Source of the DNA: Circinaria calcarea
Taxonomy: Eukaryota
Direction of reading: 5' to 3'
Length of the DNA: 46,925 nt
Assembly: GCA_051942165.1 (NCBI GenBank)
Contig: JAVECS010000014.1
Location: forward strand, 1-46,925
This document shows positions 34,149 through 45,699 of the stretch, piece by piece (the stretch's first letter is position 1; every line of letters starts with the position of its first letter). The notes under the pieces are model-generated. The model searched no databases, was not told where the DNA came from, and saw only the letters and a program-made list of their open reading frames with translations. The translations under genes were made by a program, and so were the position numbers.

Positions 34149-36790
34149 ATGAGGGGGGCGGCCTATGTGGGGGTAAGGGATACTTTTTTTGGTTGAGCTT
34201 TGAAAGGAGAAGTCTTGCTGACGGGAGGATCTGTCCTCCATAGACTTCCTTGGTCCTAGCAACTGGAGTCATCGTTCGTGCTTTGCATGAGCGTGCCAAC
34301 TTCTATTCGGTATGCGTTTACCTGGCTCAGAGCAATGCTTGTTTGATGGTAGGAGACTTTACTCTACACTCTCGTTCGTAATCTGCAGTACTGACTGTCT
34401 TTAGGTCCTGACAAACCTTGTCCTTCTCGGGATAGGCGCATTCATGTTTGGCATGCAGAGGCTACTATATGGTACGCTACGTGTTATCGAAATAGAGCAA
34501 CTGTATGAAAAGGCATGGTTTGCTATTACAGAGACTTGCCTTGCTATGACTATCTTTCGGGAAGAAGTTGGAGGCTGGTTTCTTGTCATGTTTATGTCAC
34601 TCCTGATTGGCAAGGTCTGGGGCTGGATCGGAGAAGGAAGGGTTGATATTCTCGAACAACAACAACCACCAGCCAACCCTCGACTGTTTCACATCCGCCT
34701 ATCTATCTCCCTCATCTTGTCTGCCTTGTTCGACCTTCACATGCTTAGCTACTCTGTCCAGACCGTCCGAGAACAGGCCGAACCGAACATGATGGTCATG
34801 TTTGCCTTTGAATTTGCCGTGTTGGCTGTGACTTCCCTATCCACCGCTGCACGCTATTGTATCTCTCTTCATGAAGCAGCAGTTATCAAGGAACAGACAA
34901 GGTTACAATTGCAGGAGCGGCGGGCCCGAGCGCAGCGGCAAAGGGAGAACGTGCAACACGTCGCCTTGCAGTCAGATAGTGTCCCGTCAGCAGACCCTAC
35001 TCGTCTGAATGACGACACCGCCGTAGAAGATGAAGACGTGGATGTGCCTGGGTGGGAGGAGAAAGGCCGTTGGGTGTTTTATCTGGATCTTGTAACAGGT
35101 ATAATTTACTCGGCAGCATCCATAATCTCCACGCTAATGATTCACTTGAACAGACTTTTTCAAGCTCATTCTATACCTCTCCTTTTTCTTTGTCTTGTGC
35201 ATCTTTTATGGTATGCCAATACACATCATTCGTGATGTTGCACTCACTATCCGATCATTTTACAAGCGTATAACCGATTTTTTGCGATACAGACATGCGA
35301 CTAGGGACATGAATGAGCGTTATCCAGATGCAACAACAGAGGAGGTTGCACGAGAGGACGTCTGTATTATTTGCCGAGAAACCATGACACCTTGGCGGAC
35401 AGTACCTCTTGATGGCAATGGGCTGGCAGAGGGTACCATGGACGGTGAAGGTCCTCGAAGTAACGTGGATGCGCGCCTACGACCAAAGAAACTTCCTTGT
35501 GGACACATCTTACACTTTGCTTGCCTCCGGAGCTGGCTGGAGAGGCAACAAAATTGCCCGACATGTCGTCGTCCTGTCCTTGCATCTTCTCCTGCGGTTC
35601 ACTCACCTGTCCCGCAGCTCTTGGAAATACCAGCAAGGATGCCCCACGCGAATGCTGCAAATGGTGGCGTTCAAGTACAAGGCCCGATACAACAGCCAGG
35701 TGCCCGTCAGAACAGGATACGGATCTTTAACTTTGGTCCTTTCAGGATTGGATTTGGGGCCGGGCAAGATTTACAGGGCTTGGCACAGCAGGTCAATCGC
35801 CTTCACCCAGTTCATCAGGCACCGCTACCAGGACAAATAATTGGAAATGACCTTCAAGGTGTGTCGAGTCAACAAGCCAATCAAGGAGTCATAGCGAGCT
35901 TTAGCCCCAACATCATACAAGCACAACTTCAACAAATCGAGCAGCAGTTGGTGCAACAAATCAACAGCCTTCAAGCCCAAGCCGATCAGTTGTTCATGGT
36001 TCGAGCTTTGCAAGGAGAACTCGTAAGGTTAAGGATCTTACAGGCAGATCAGGGAGCTAACACCAATCCTGACACGTCTGATGTCCCTCACAACAGATTT
36101 CACATGCCACCACCAAACAGCACGCCTATCGGCCCTATAGTTCAATCCTTTGGAATAAATCAACAAGTGCATACAGGCCTTCCTGAGACGTTACCGCCGG
36201 GACTGACAATACCTGAAGGATGGACTCTTTTACCGCTGCAGAGACTTCCACAGAATACACCGGCCTTTCTAAACCCCCACGAACCATTCAACGGTGCAGG
36301 GAGAGGTCGTGGAACTCCTGGAGCTACTTCACAGGTCTCGGACGCCCGGTCAACTACATCAGGCCTGCCAGGGCCGAGTCAAAACGGCGCTGCATCGAAT
36401 GCAGAAGGGACTTCGTCCGCCAATGCTTTCATCTCCAGCCCTGTAAGGGAATCATCCTCTTTCGGCCATGAGGCTGATTCGCTCGGTAATCACCCTAAAG
36501 ATCACATAATAGTCGGACGAGAGGGCAAAGTAAATAATCCGGCTTCAGGACAAAAACACCCTACGTCCACGGAGTCGTCGGTGGCAAAGCCTACTATCCC
36601 ACAATTAGGTACTGTTCACCGAAACATTCATGAGACCGACAATCCCGCTGAGGGTGCCATTTCACCTCCTGCCGTTTCTCATTCCGAAAACTTGGGCGAT
36701 GGACAGAGTTCGTCAACGGCTGGGGATCCAAAAGGTAAGGGCAAAGGTCGGGCCGTCACCATCGAAGATGTTGCAGAGGATTTAGATTGA
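34149..36790 (+). CDS. HRD1: ERAD E3 ubiquitin ligase Hrd1/synoviolin, 4 exons
   Basis: Micro-exon MRGAAYVG (34149-34172) and introns at 34173-34243, 34349-34404 and 35099-35153. N-terminal TM region (RANFYS, LYGTLRVIEIEQLYEKAWFAITETCLAMTIFR), YGMPIHIIRD, and RING-H2 CIIC..PKKLPCGHILHFACLRSWLERQQNCPTC. Confidence 0.95.
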
Positions 36791-38203
36791 CATAAGGCGG
36801 CGGAGCCGACGGGAAGAATCAGCTTGGCGTTTGGGATGGTGGTTCAACCATAGCGTTGGCACTGGCGGAGTTTCCCGTCGCTCCTCATTGGAAGGACGCT
36901 GTCTTCGTTCTGCAGCGCTGGTGGCACTATTCCCACTAGGCATGCCCTTGGACTCCACCTGTCAAACGCAGCTGCATTCAGGGAGCCGTGAGGCGGTTGG
37001 GCATCCCAAAGCGTTGTCAGATTTGATGGATTGTAATTCGGGCACACCAGACTTGACGGTGGAGATGGGAACTTATGTAGAAGGGGCCGTGGTGGCTCGA
37101 CTGCACTCAAGCTTTGTCATTGGAGCGCAAACAAGGCTTTGCGGGAAATAATACCTTCCGCCGTGCATAACTTCGGGGAACTATGTATGCAGTATGCACC
37201 GTAGTAATATGTCGTGTGTACGTGTTTGCGTAGCGGCCCCATCTGACAAGAATGCTTCATGTATAGAAAGGCTCCATCGGGTACGAAGGTACCGCGTGCA
37301 GACAGGTCGAGCCTGAATCCACATTGTCTATCCTATAGCCTTATTCTGTTAAAAGGTCTGATTTGTAACTATGGAGGTGGTTGGGTTCTATATCCGAGGC
37401 GTACCAGCCACCAGAATTATGACCCCAGCCACCATACAAATTACAGTACAAAACATGGTATCCTTGCTCAACAGGGGTCGCTAGTGTCCAATTTTGACAT
37501 ATTCCAGGACACACTACTGTAAGATACAGATTGAGATGCCGATAAGCTAAAGCCACAAGATGAGACTACTGCCCGCGTTCCCGAAAGCCATCTCCACCAA
37601 CCGGGCATCGGCTGGAGATTTAAAAAGGCACGATCGTCTAGCGGGTTTGGGACCTCCCGAAGAGGAAATCCCCCACCCCCCCTTTTTTTCCTTTTTTTCC
37701 CTTTTTTCCCCATTTCCACCCAGACGTGCCAGTCTTCGGCATGTACCTTACTCTCATTCGTCTCCCTACGCAAGCCCATTACTGTTGATATCCCTCGCTC
37801 TTCGGGCCATGTCCCTTAGCAGGATCCGATTTAGAGTTTTCTTCTGGTCCAGTGGCATTTCTCGACGGCACTGAGGATATGGATAGCACCGTCGTCATGC
37901 GTATGCTCCATCCGGGACGGAAGATGATTCTTATTGGCCTCCAACCTCAGCTTCCATATCTCGATGCCGAATCCCTGCGCATCTAGGGACCCGTCACGAT
38001 TCACCGTAAGTTAGTCGCGAGGATCAGCCGAGGGGGGGAGCAAGATGCCATACTCCCTGGTGAGTACGTTGAACTAATGCCCTGCGGTTTGGCCTGCAAA
38101 TTACTGTCTCGGCACCAAGTTAGATCGGTTTGGATGTTCCATCCTGCTTTGTTGCTTGCTTGCGTGCTACGAAGCGGTCGTGAAGCCGCCAAAGTCTCTC
38201 ATC

Positions 38204-40545
38204 ATGTCGTATCAAGCTCATATTTATTCCCTCAATCAGTACCCGTCCACGCAAAGTATGCGGCACGCCGAAGGCAGGCAAGCCCCGAACCATCTCGAAG
38301 CACTCAAGAAGGTCGAGCCTGAGAGTCGGAGGAGAGCGCCACCGTACAAAGTGTTCCAGGACTTCCAAGCATCGTACTCGTCTCTCGATCAAACATCTCC
38401 CAAAGCGGTAGAGAGGAATGCCTCCCCTAAACTAGCCAATGATAGCGCCCCGAGTCGCCCTCAGCACCCGCTACATGTGCCTTTACAAACGGGGTAAGAT
38501 ACGACATGAGACATAGGGCCTTTGGGGATCTGCTAATAAAGGACTTAGCAGCAGTAGTGGTTCTCCTTCCCCTCCGTACCCACGTGAACTGAATGGCTCC
38601 ATGCCAATGTCGCCAGCGTCCTCGCGAGAGATGCAGGAAACGCCAGCGACCTCCGTGACGCTTACACCTCTGCAAACACATGGTCAAGTAGAAGATACCA
38701 GTGAACTTGAACCGCTGCAAAACTACGATGCTGGATCCTTCGATCTGGTTGCACCGCACGCGAACGGCAGCAGTCATAAGCAATTTTCTCTTGAAACTCG
38801 TTCACAGCAATTGTTCTCGCAAGAACATCTGCACGCCATATTCTCGGATCCTGCCTTACTTCTCAAATTCACTGCCTTTCTTAGCACTACTCGTCCGTTG
38901 TCGATACCCATACTAGTCTATTATCTTGATGCATTGAAGGCGCTAAAGGCTATTGCGTACGCCAATGCAATTGCAGAGGGCCTGGAGCCCATTGAGGGCT
39001 GTGAGTTTTCCGCCGGTTTTCCCAAACCTACCATCAACCCAGCGCTTGAAGAAAAGGCTTTCAAGGCGTTTGAAGTCCTTGTGAACAATGACCTCCCAGC
39101 CTATATCACTCACGTGTATATACAAATTGTTAGTTTGAGCATCTCCAGAAGGGTTACAGGTACTCTAGCTCCGCATCTCCGGGAAGCTTCAGAAGGCCTG
39201 GCGGAAGTCTTTTGCCTAACAGACCCATCGAGACCTGATAATCCTATAGTCTTCGCTTCAGAAGGTCGGCCATCTCTGGATATGAAACTGAGGTAATCCT
39301 AACTAATAATTCGAATAGAATTTCATAGGACGACGCAATACGGCATGAACTACGTGATTGGATCGAACTGCCGTTTTCTTCAGGGCCCGAAAACAAATCC
39401 TTTCAGTGTACGAAGGCTTCGAGAAGCCGTTGACTCGGGTAGGGAGCACTGCGAGACTTTCCTGAACTAGTGAGTGGAAGCTCTTACCATCCCGTGCTTT
39501 CACATATTTACTGTAATAGTCGACGAGATGGCTCCCCGTTCATGAACCTACTTATGATTGCGCCCCTTTGCGATAGTCGGGGTCAGATTCGCTACTTCAT
39601 TGGCGCTCAAGTAGATGTGAGTGGTTTGGTAAAGGACTGTACGGAACTAGAGTCCCTTCAGCGCGTCGCTGCCAGCCATCGCAGTGACCCGGGTGATATG
39701 GGCAACAACCCCCCGTCGGCCCCAGCTGAAAAGAAGGACGAGTTCCAAGAGCTAAGCGAAATGCTTAATGTAGCAGAGCTCGACACCGTTAGAAAACATG
39801 GTGGTCATATGCATCAAGAGCGCCAGTATGGAGACGAAGATACGGCCAGTATTGCAGGACTGCACAAGCCACGTCTACTCCTGAAGGAGACGAGTCCGGT
39901 TTTAGAACCTTCCTACAGTCTGAATAGCCGTGGAGGCGGTAAGCTGAACGGCGTGTACCAGCATGTAAGTTGGATGAATGAATCTACCCTTGATCTGGGG
40001 CAGCTAGACTAAATTCTGTATAAAAGTACCTATTAATTCGACCACATCCATCATTGCGCATACTGTTCGCCTCGCCATCGCTTCGCGTTCCTGGCATACT
40101 ACAATCACCGTTCATGAACAAAATAGGAGGTTCTAATCGTGTACGGGATGAATTAACAGCAGCTCTGGCCGAAGGTCGTGGTGTGACTGCCAAAGTGCGT
40201 TGGGTGTCTAGAAGCGACGAGGAGGGGCGTAACCGCTGGATCCATTGTACTCCTTTGCTTGGCAGCAATGGTCAGATCGGTGTCTGGATGGTTGTTCTGG
40301 TCGACGATGACACCGAAATGCATCGAAGGTGGAAACAAGCACCTCCAGTCGACCCTTACCTATTGCAAAAACAGCACGCTGCTAAAAATAGACAAAGGGA
40401 CCATGGTCATGAATATGAGTCCAACGGCGACGACAACGCAGATTCCCTGCGGAGCAGGCTGGACTCCTTGAGATCTTCGAACAATGGTGACGACGGTCTG
40501 TACAACAGTTCCAGCTGGTCGTCGGCGCAGTACAATATTCAATAG
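38204..40545 (+). CDS. Fungal RGS-LOV-type blue-light photoreceptor (RGS-like, LOV, C-terminal PAS-like/DUF), 5 exons
   Basis: Introns at 38494-38548, 39265-39318, 39470-39519 and 39965-40026. The spliced LOV domain reads FCLTDPSRPDNPIVFASEEF...GSNCRFLQGPKT...LNYRRDGSPFMNLL...YFIGAQVDV. The N-terminal helical block (IFSDPALLLKFTAFL) is RGS-like by inference. Confidence 0.85.
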
Positions 40546-41561
40546 GCCTGCTAATACAGCCATCATTTCACGACCTTGTCTATTTATACTTGCGACATCT
40601 ATATCAATCCGCGTCGCAGGCATCTATCGTCGATGGTCCTGTTCAGTATCTCCAGCGATGTTTAGCCCTAGGCAAGGTATCGAAGTTATACCCTTGTCTT
40701 GATGGAAGGGAACTGATTTGCTTCCTCGGTGGGCACGAATTCGCACTTCAGTATTTGGATGTCTGTATACCTGAGACGGATGGTTGCTTAGACGACAAAG
40801 TATCCAAGTTATTCAAGCTGTATGCCCTGAAACTCCTTTTTCTCGGATCAGCACGTTCTAAGTTGTACCGAGTGTATGTCTTTGCGTCTTCAAGAGCGCT
40901 TGCAAAACACTCATGCCCTACTGCAAACTGAGCAAAAGCTTTCAGAGTTCGAAGAACGGTTAGCTACTCATGAAAATAGAAACGTGGCTCGAAGGATTGT
41001 CTTCGCGTCCATTTGCTACATGTTCGAGACGGGAAGGGGTGAGGAATAGAGGCATCTTATCTGATGGTCTTAGTTTCGGCCTGACCGATGATCCCCTTGT
41101 CCAAAACGGGTGATTGTGCTCCCGTGTGGTTGGGTGATATCATCGGGTATAGGGGACATGGTAAAATTACAAGTACCACGTCATGGCCAGGACAATCTCC
41201 AATTGAGCTTCTCGTAATATCCAGTGACTTCTTTTGACTTTCTTCCCATCCATGTTAGCACATGACACCGGAAGCCAGCTTCGAGGCTGACTGGGACAGC
41301 CCCACGCCATTGACCAGCAGCTGCAGTGGGATGCCACCGTAATCTCGAGGATCGTTTCCGTAACCTTCGTCAAACCAGGGTCGGAATCCAGTTTCTCACG
41401 TTTGTTACAAACGTGCTCGCACCTCTATGTAGGGACATCCCCGTGGCTGTGAGAAAGACAGGATATAACTTCTAATCCTATTGCTCTCGGGGACCTGTGC
41501 GTGTGTTGCCTTGGTTCGGTAACTTACGGTCTCCTCGCCCTACTCATCCTCGTCCTACACC

Positions 41562-42743
41562 ATGATCAGTTCCATCCGAACAGTGTCACTATTAACTCTA
41601 CCAACACTGCTTGCAGTCTTCTATTTTCTGCGCGGCGCCCACGAGCTGCCTCTCATAGCCAAAACCGCCTTGGATACCGTTCAGGTCCCCACAAACCTTT
41701 CTTCAACAGCATTCACTGGCATAGATGAAGGCTTGATGGGACTGGCTGGATCGCAAGACAAGACCGTAGAGGACATCGAACCGCCTAGAGGATTCTACAC
41801 TCGTACACTAGTGGTCCCTTATACCTCCGCTGACAACGTCTCATGGGCGCTAGCCTTGCAGCCGGATACAGTTGTTGCTCTGTACGCTGTGGATGATCCT
41901 TTGGGAACTTTGCATCCTCCTAGAAACAAGGGCAACGAGGTAATGGTGTACTTGACTTATATCATCGACCATTATGAAAACCTTCCGGACGTTGCCATCT
42001 TCATGCATTCCCATCAGCAAGCCTGGCATAATAACGAATTGCTGGGATTTGATTCGGCTGAAATGGTAAGGAGATTGAAAAGTGAGACAGTCAATCGACA
42101 GGGATATTTGAATATGAGGTGCGCCCCGGATCCAGGATGCCCTGAATGGCTTCATCCGTATGCTGAGGGAGATTTGCTGGGGAAGCAAGAGCAGGCTTGG
42201 CTTGCCAGGTGCTGGAAAGAACTGTTCCCCCTGGATGTCATGCCCGAAAGTCTGTCTCAGCCATGCTGCGCCCAGTTTGCTCTTTCCAAACCTCGAATGC
42301 TGTCGATCCCGCTTGATCGCTTCATCTTCTATAGAGATTGGCTGTTAAGAACGACGCTCACGGATTACATATCTGGGAGGATATGGGAATTTGCTTGGCA
42401 TTATGTCTTTACAGGATCGGACACCTATTGCCCTTCAGAACAGGCCTGTTACTGTGACGGTTTCGGTGTCTGTTTTCGAGGAGAAGCTGGGCACAGGGAC
42501 TTCTGGCGGCTCCATCAAGAGAAGAAAGAGTTGGAGTTGGAGTTGGGAGAACTTTTAGTGAAGGAGGGAAAAGACAAAGAACCATGGGGAGCAGTGGGGG
42601 GAGATAAAGCCTTTGAGCTGGGTAGAGATGTATTCCTGAAAGATCGCATTCGGGCATTGGTCGAAGAAATGGAAGCAAAGAGAAGAGAGGCATTAGAAGG
42701 TGGTACAGCCAGCGAGGATCGAGACGAGGCAGAACTCCATTAG
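41562..42743 (+). CDS. DUF3431 family protein with N-terminal membrane anchor
   Basis: Single exon with an N-terminal TM and motifs NKGNEVMVYLTYIIDHYENLPD..IFMHSH...WHN, GYLNMRC...PGCP, QPCCAQFALS and SGRIWEFAWHYVF, plus a C-terminal coiled coil. Confidence 0.88.
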   Translation: MISSIRTVSLLTLPTLLAVFYFLRGAHELPLIAKTALDTVQVPTNLSSTAFTGIDEGLMGLAGSQDKTVEDIEPPRGFYTRTLVVPYTSADNVSWALALQPDTVVALYAVDDPLGTLHPPRNKGNEVMVYLTYIIDHYENLPDVAIFMHSHQQAWHNNELLGFDSAEMVRRLKSETVNRQGYLNMRCAPDPGCPEWLHPYAEGDLLGKQEQAWLARCWKELFPLDVMPESLSQPCCAQFALSKPRMLSIPLDRFIFYRDWLLRTTLTDYISGRIWEFAWHYVFTGSDTYCPSEQACYCDGFGVCFRGEAGHRDFWRLHQEKKELELELGELLVKEGKDKEPWGAVGGDKAFELGRDVFLKDRIRALVEEMEAKRREALEGGTASEDRDEAELH

Positions 42744-43760
42744 TATCGGTGTGTGCGGATGAGGCAGACGGTATAAGATGCTGCAATTACTTTGCACTAG
42801 GGAGAGTGCAGACTAAGGAAACAGCATATTCTCACTTGTTTCTCTACCAAGCCATGATGAGCAAGTCTTGATACCATGATTAGACAGACCTCCGTACCCG
42901 CCAGTCTGTATTGGCAATGTTCTTTGAAACCATAGATGCCTTTTAAAATCGGGAGGATAAGCCACTAGCAAGATTCCACCCTGTCTCCAATAGCAGACGG
43001 GATGTTATGGAGCAAAGCCAAAGGATAACAGGCGTCTTCTGGATACCATGCTACCCTGGGACAACTTATAATTGCCATTTCAGGTGCACCACGACGAGGT
43101 ATGAGGTTTCCGTACAGCTGTCCCTTGTCACAGTCATATTCAGGCTTCCCTATGCATTTTCGACATTGCAATGAAAGGGAATAATCGACACAATGGTCTC
43201 GCGATTACTCACAGCTCATACTGCGCTTCTTGATCAAATGATACTGTCGGGCAACAGAGACAAGCGGATGGCGCGGACGCAAGTCGATGCCTAACCTACC
43301 TCGGCCTTCTGATTTAGATACTCCCGTGTGTGCACGTATTAAAACCAGTATGACTTGCCATTCCCTCCGCAGAAAAATACTACGGAATCAGGCTTTAAAG
43401 GGATACCTTGTCCAGCGATTGACCGGACCGGAAAAAGTCGGTATTCCCGCCAACGTTCGGCCTGTCGGAATGACCAATGCAACGACACAAACAAACTGGA
43501 ATGCAAACAGCATCTTCTAAGGTACGTCAAGCTATCAACAACCTCAAAGGTCTAGACCTGCCTTAGAGGTGCACCTCGCTAATCCTTTTAACATGGCGGG
43601 TTCGCATCCCCGCAGCATGATTATCGAATCGGTCTTCATGTCAACCACTGATAGGCTGTTCACAGGGACAAACGAGCTCTTCGGGCATTCTGATTTCATC
43701 CACCTCATACAAGGCGTCGGGTAATTTCCAGCTATCCTCTGCCCTGAAACCTTACATTCG

Positions 43761-45698
43761 ATGAATATGGTTTCGAATAACGGCCCTTACTACGTGCACG
43801 CGTCTCAAATCGACGACAGCATTCAGCCTACAGATCGTGCCGAATCTCCGATCGTATATGCAGATCCCGGGCTTTCGATGGCTCCGAGTGCGCACATGTA
43901 CGCCCTGGCCGAAGAGGCCTTCCAGTACCGTGAGGCTAGTACAGGCACTCACTTGGCAAGTCTAATACAGGCAGCGACAGCTGCTGCTGGCGATAAAGTA
44001 GAGTCCACCCCGGGCTGCTCGCGGCGGAGAACGCGGGGCCAATTAGGGCCAGGGGATGATGTCGACGAAGATAAGTCGATCTCGATAGGTAGCGAGCATA
44101 CAAGTCGACGGAAATCTGCTGGTCAGCTATGCAGTGACCAAGCGACGGTGTCTCGAGAAAGCCGCAAACGCAAATTAAGTCGCAGTAGCCCTGATTTCGC
44201 AGACGTCCTTTCCGATGGTGGATCGTCCCCTGAGTCAAGGATCCATCTATCACCGAGTTCGCAAACAGATCTACCAGAGATTACAGAATCTGAGGCGCCT
44301 GTTCCTACAAGACACTCTGCGACCGCAATACATAGGGAACCTTCTGCGTCGAGCACAAAGTACACTCGACCCCCAATGTCGAAGCTATACAAGTCACTGC
44401 AGGTGACACATGAAGGTTTCCTACAATTGCAGGCATCCGCTAAAGAATATATGCTGGATAGCTCGCACCCCGAGCGCAGGGATTGCGTTGGTCAGCGTGG
44501 CAAAGGCGACTTGGAGTTAGTGAAGCTTAGACTCTTACGTTGTGTTAAAGAATTCCTTACAGCGGAAGGTAATGGAGAAATTTTCTTTGGTGCGTACGCT
44601 TCCGGCACTGCTGAGGGGGTGAACAGAACCATGATCTGGCCGACCCACGAGAAGGAAATTATTGCCGCCGTGACACCCTTACTCAGGCGGATGGTAACAA
44701 ATGAACGGCAGCGGCAGTATGCGGTCGAAACGCGCAAGAGTGAGACCGCCCAAGAATGTGGGAAGAGAAGGAAGCTTAATGATGGCCCGCACAATGCAAC
44801 ACGGCAGGAAGGGCCTCAGGCAACACTTGGCACACGTTCTCCTCAGCCACGATTAACTCTGGTAGATCATTTCAATAAGATCAACGGAAATGCCTCTGGT
44901 ATCTCGTGGGATCGCCTTGTGGAATACTGCGCTTCACCCAAATTTGAAAAGCTGAAGTCATTGGTTGGCCTCTCAGAGATTGATTTCACGGCGGCGCTAG
45001 GGATCGCCGCCCATGAGACTCAGAAATCACTGCGCAATGGAAAGCAAGGCCATCGAGATCTTGATCCAAAGTGCCATGACGGCACAATCGCGCGCTTGTT
45101 AGTATCCGAATATCTCGATTCACGTCAGACGAGTTGGTATAGCACTATTGCAAATGCGACGGAGACTGGACAGGCGTTGTATGTAGTGAGCTGAAATCAA
45201 GTTTTGACATTAGCTGAGTGATTCTCCAGGGCAAATTCCACAGTCGATAGAATTTTCCACATTGTAAACGAAGATGTTTCAAAACGTCTTTGCGCCCCAT
45301 GGAATACAGATTGGCAGCGTTCTCACCAGCAGAAAGGCCCCGAGTGTGAAGGCTCGATTGTGCTGGATCAAGACACGTTGCAATATCGAAGGCTCTACCA
45401 AGAACCTCCCTCCTGTACTGCAGACGCTGTTCTCGTCCTTCAAATTAACATTTTCCGATCAGGGATAAGGGTCACTCGTATAGATTTGTCTGCTGATTCT
45501 TGCCCTGATCTGAAAACGGTTTTCCGATGCATTTTACAGCATCTGGAAGAAAGTGAATTAGGATTGTGGAAGGTCCGCATGTTTTTACCAAAAGGGCTTA
45601 CTATGGTCGGTAGTGATCAGGAATGGAGAGAAGGACTCGGAGTGGCGCGAGGCACAAAATGGTTCGACGGCGAGTTAAAAATAATTATTAATATCTAA
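43761..45698 (+). CDS. Conserved fungal hypothetical protein, at least 2 exons
   Basis: ORF 43761-45194 splices through intron 45179-45229 (GTATGT..GCTGAG..CAG) into the frame of ORF 45360-45698. Folded core KYTRPPMSKLY..LQ.....FLQLQASAKEYML...HPER...PLLRRMVTNERQRQYA. The 5' end is uncertain. Confidence 0.75.
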
Positions 45699-45699
45699 A

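Noticed and set aside
33787..34299. 170-aa minus-strand ORF
   Set aside because: Antisense to HRD1 exons 1-2 and its promoter, non-ATG start, no motifs.
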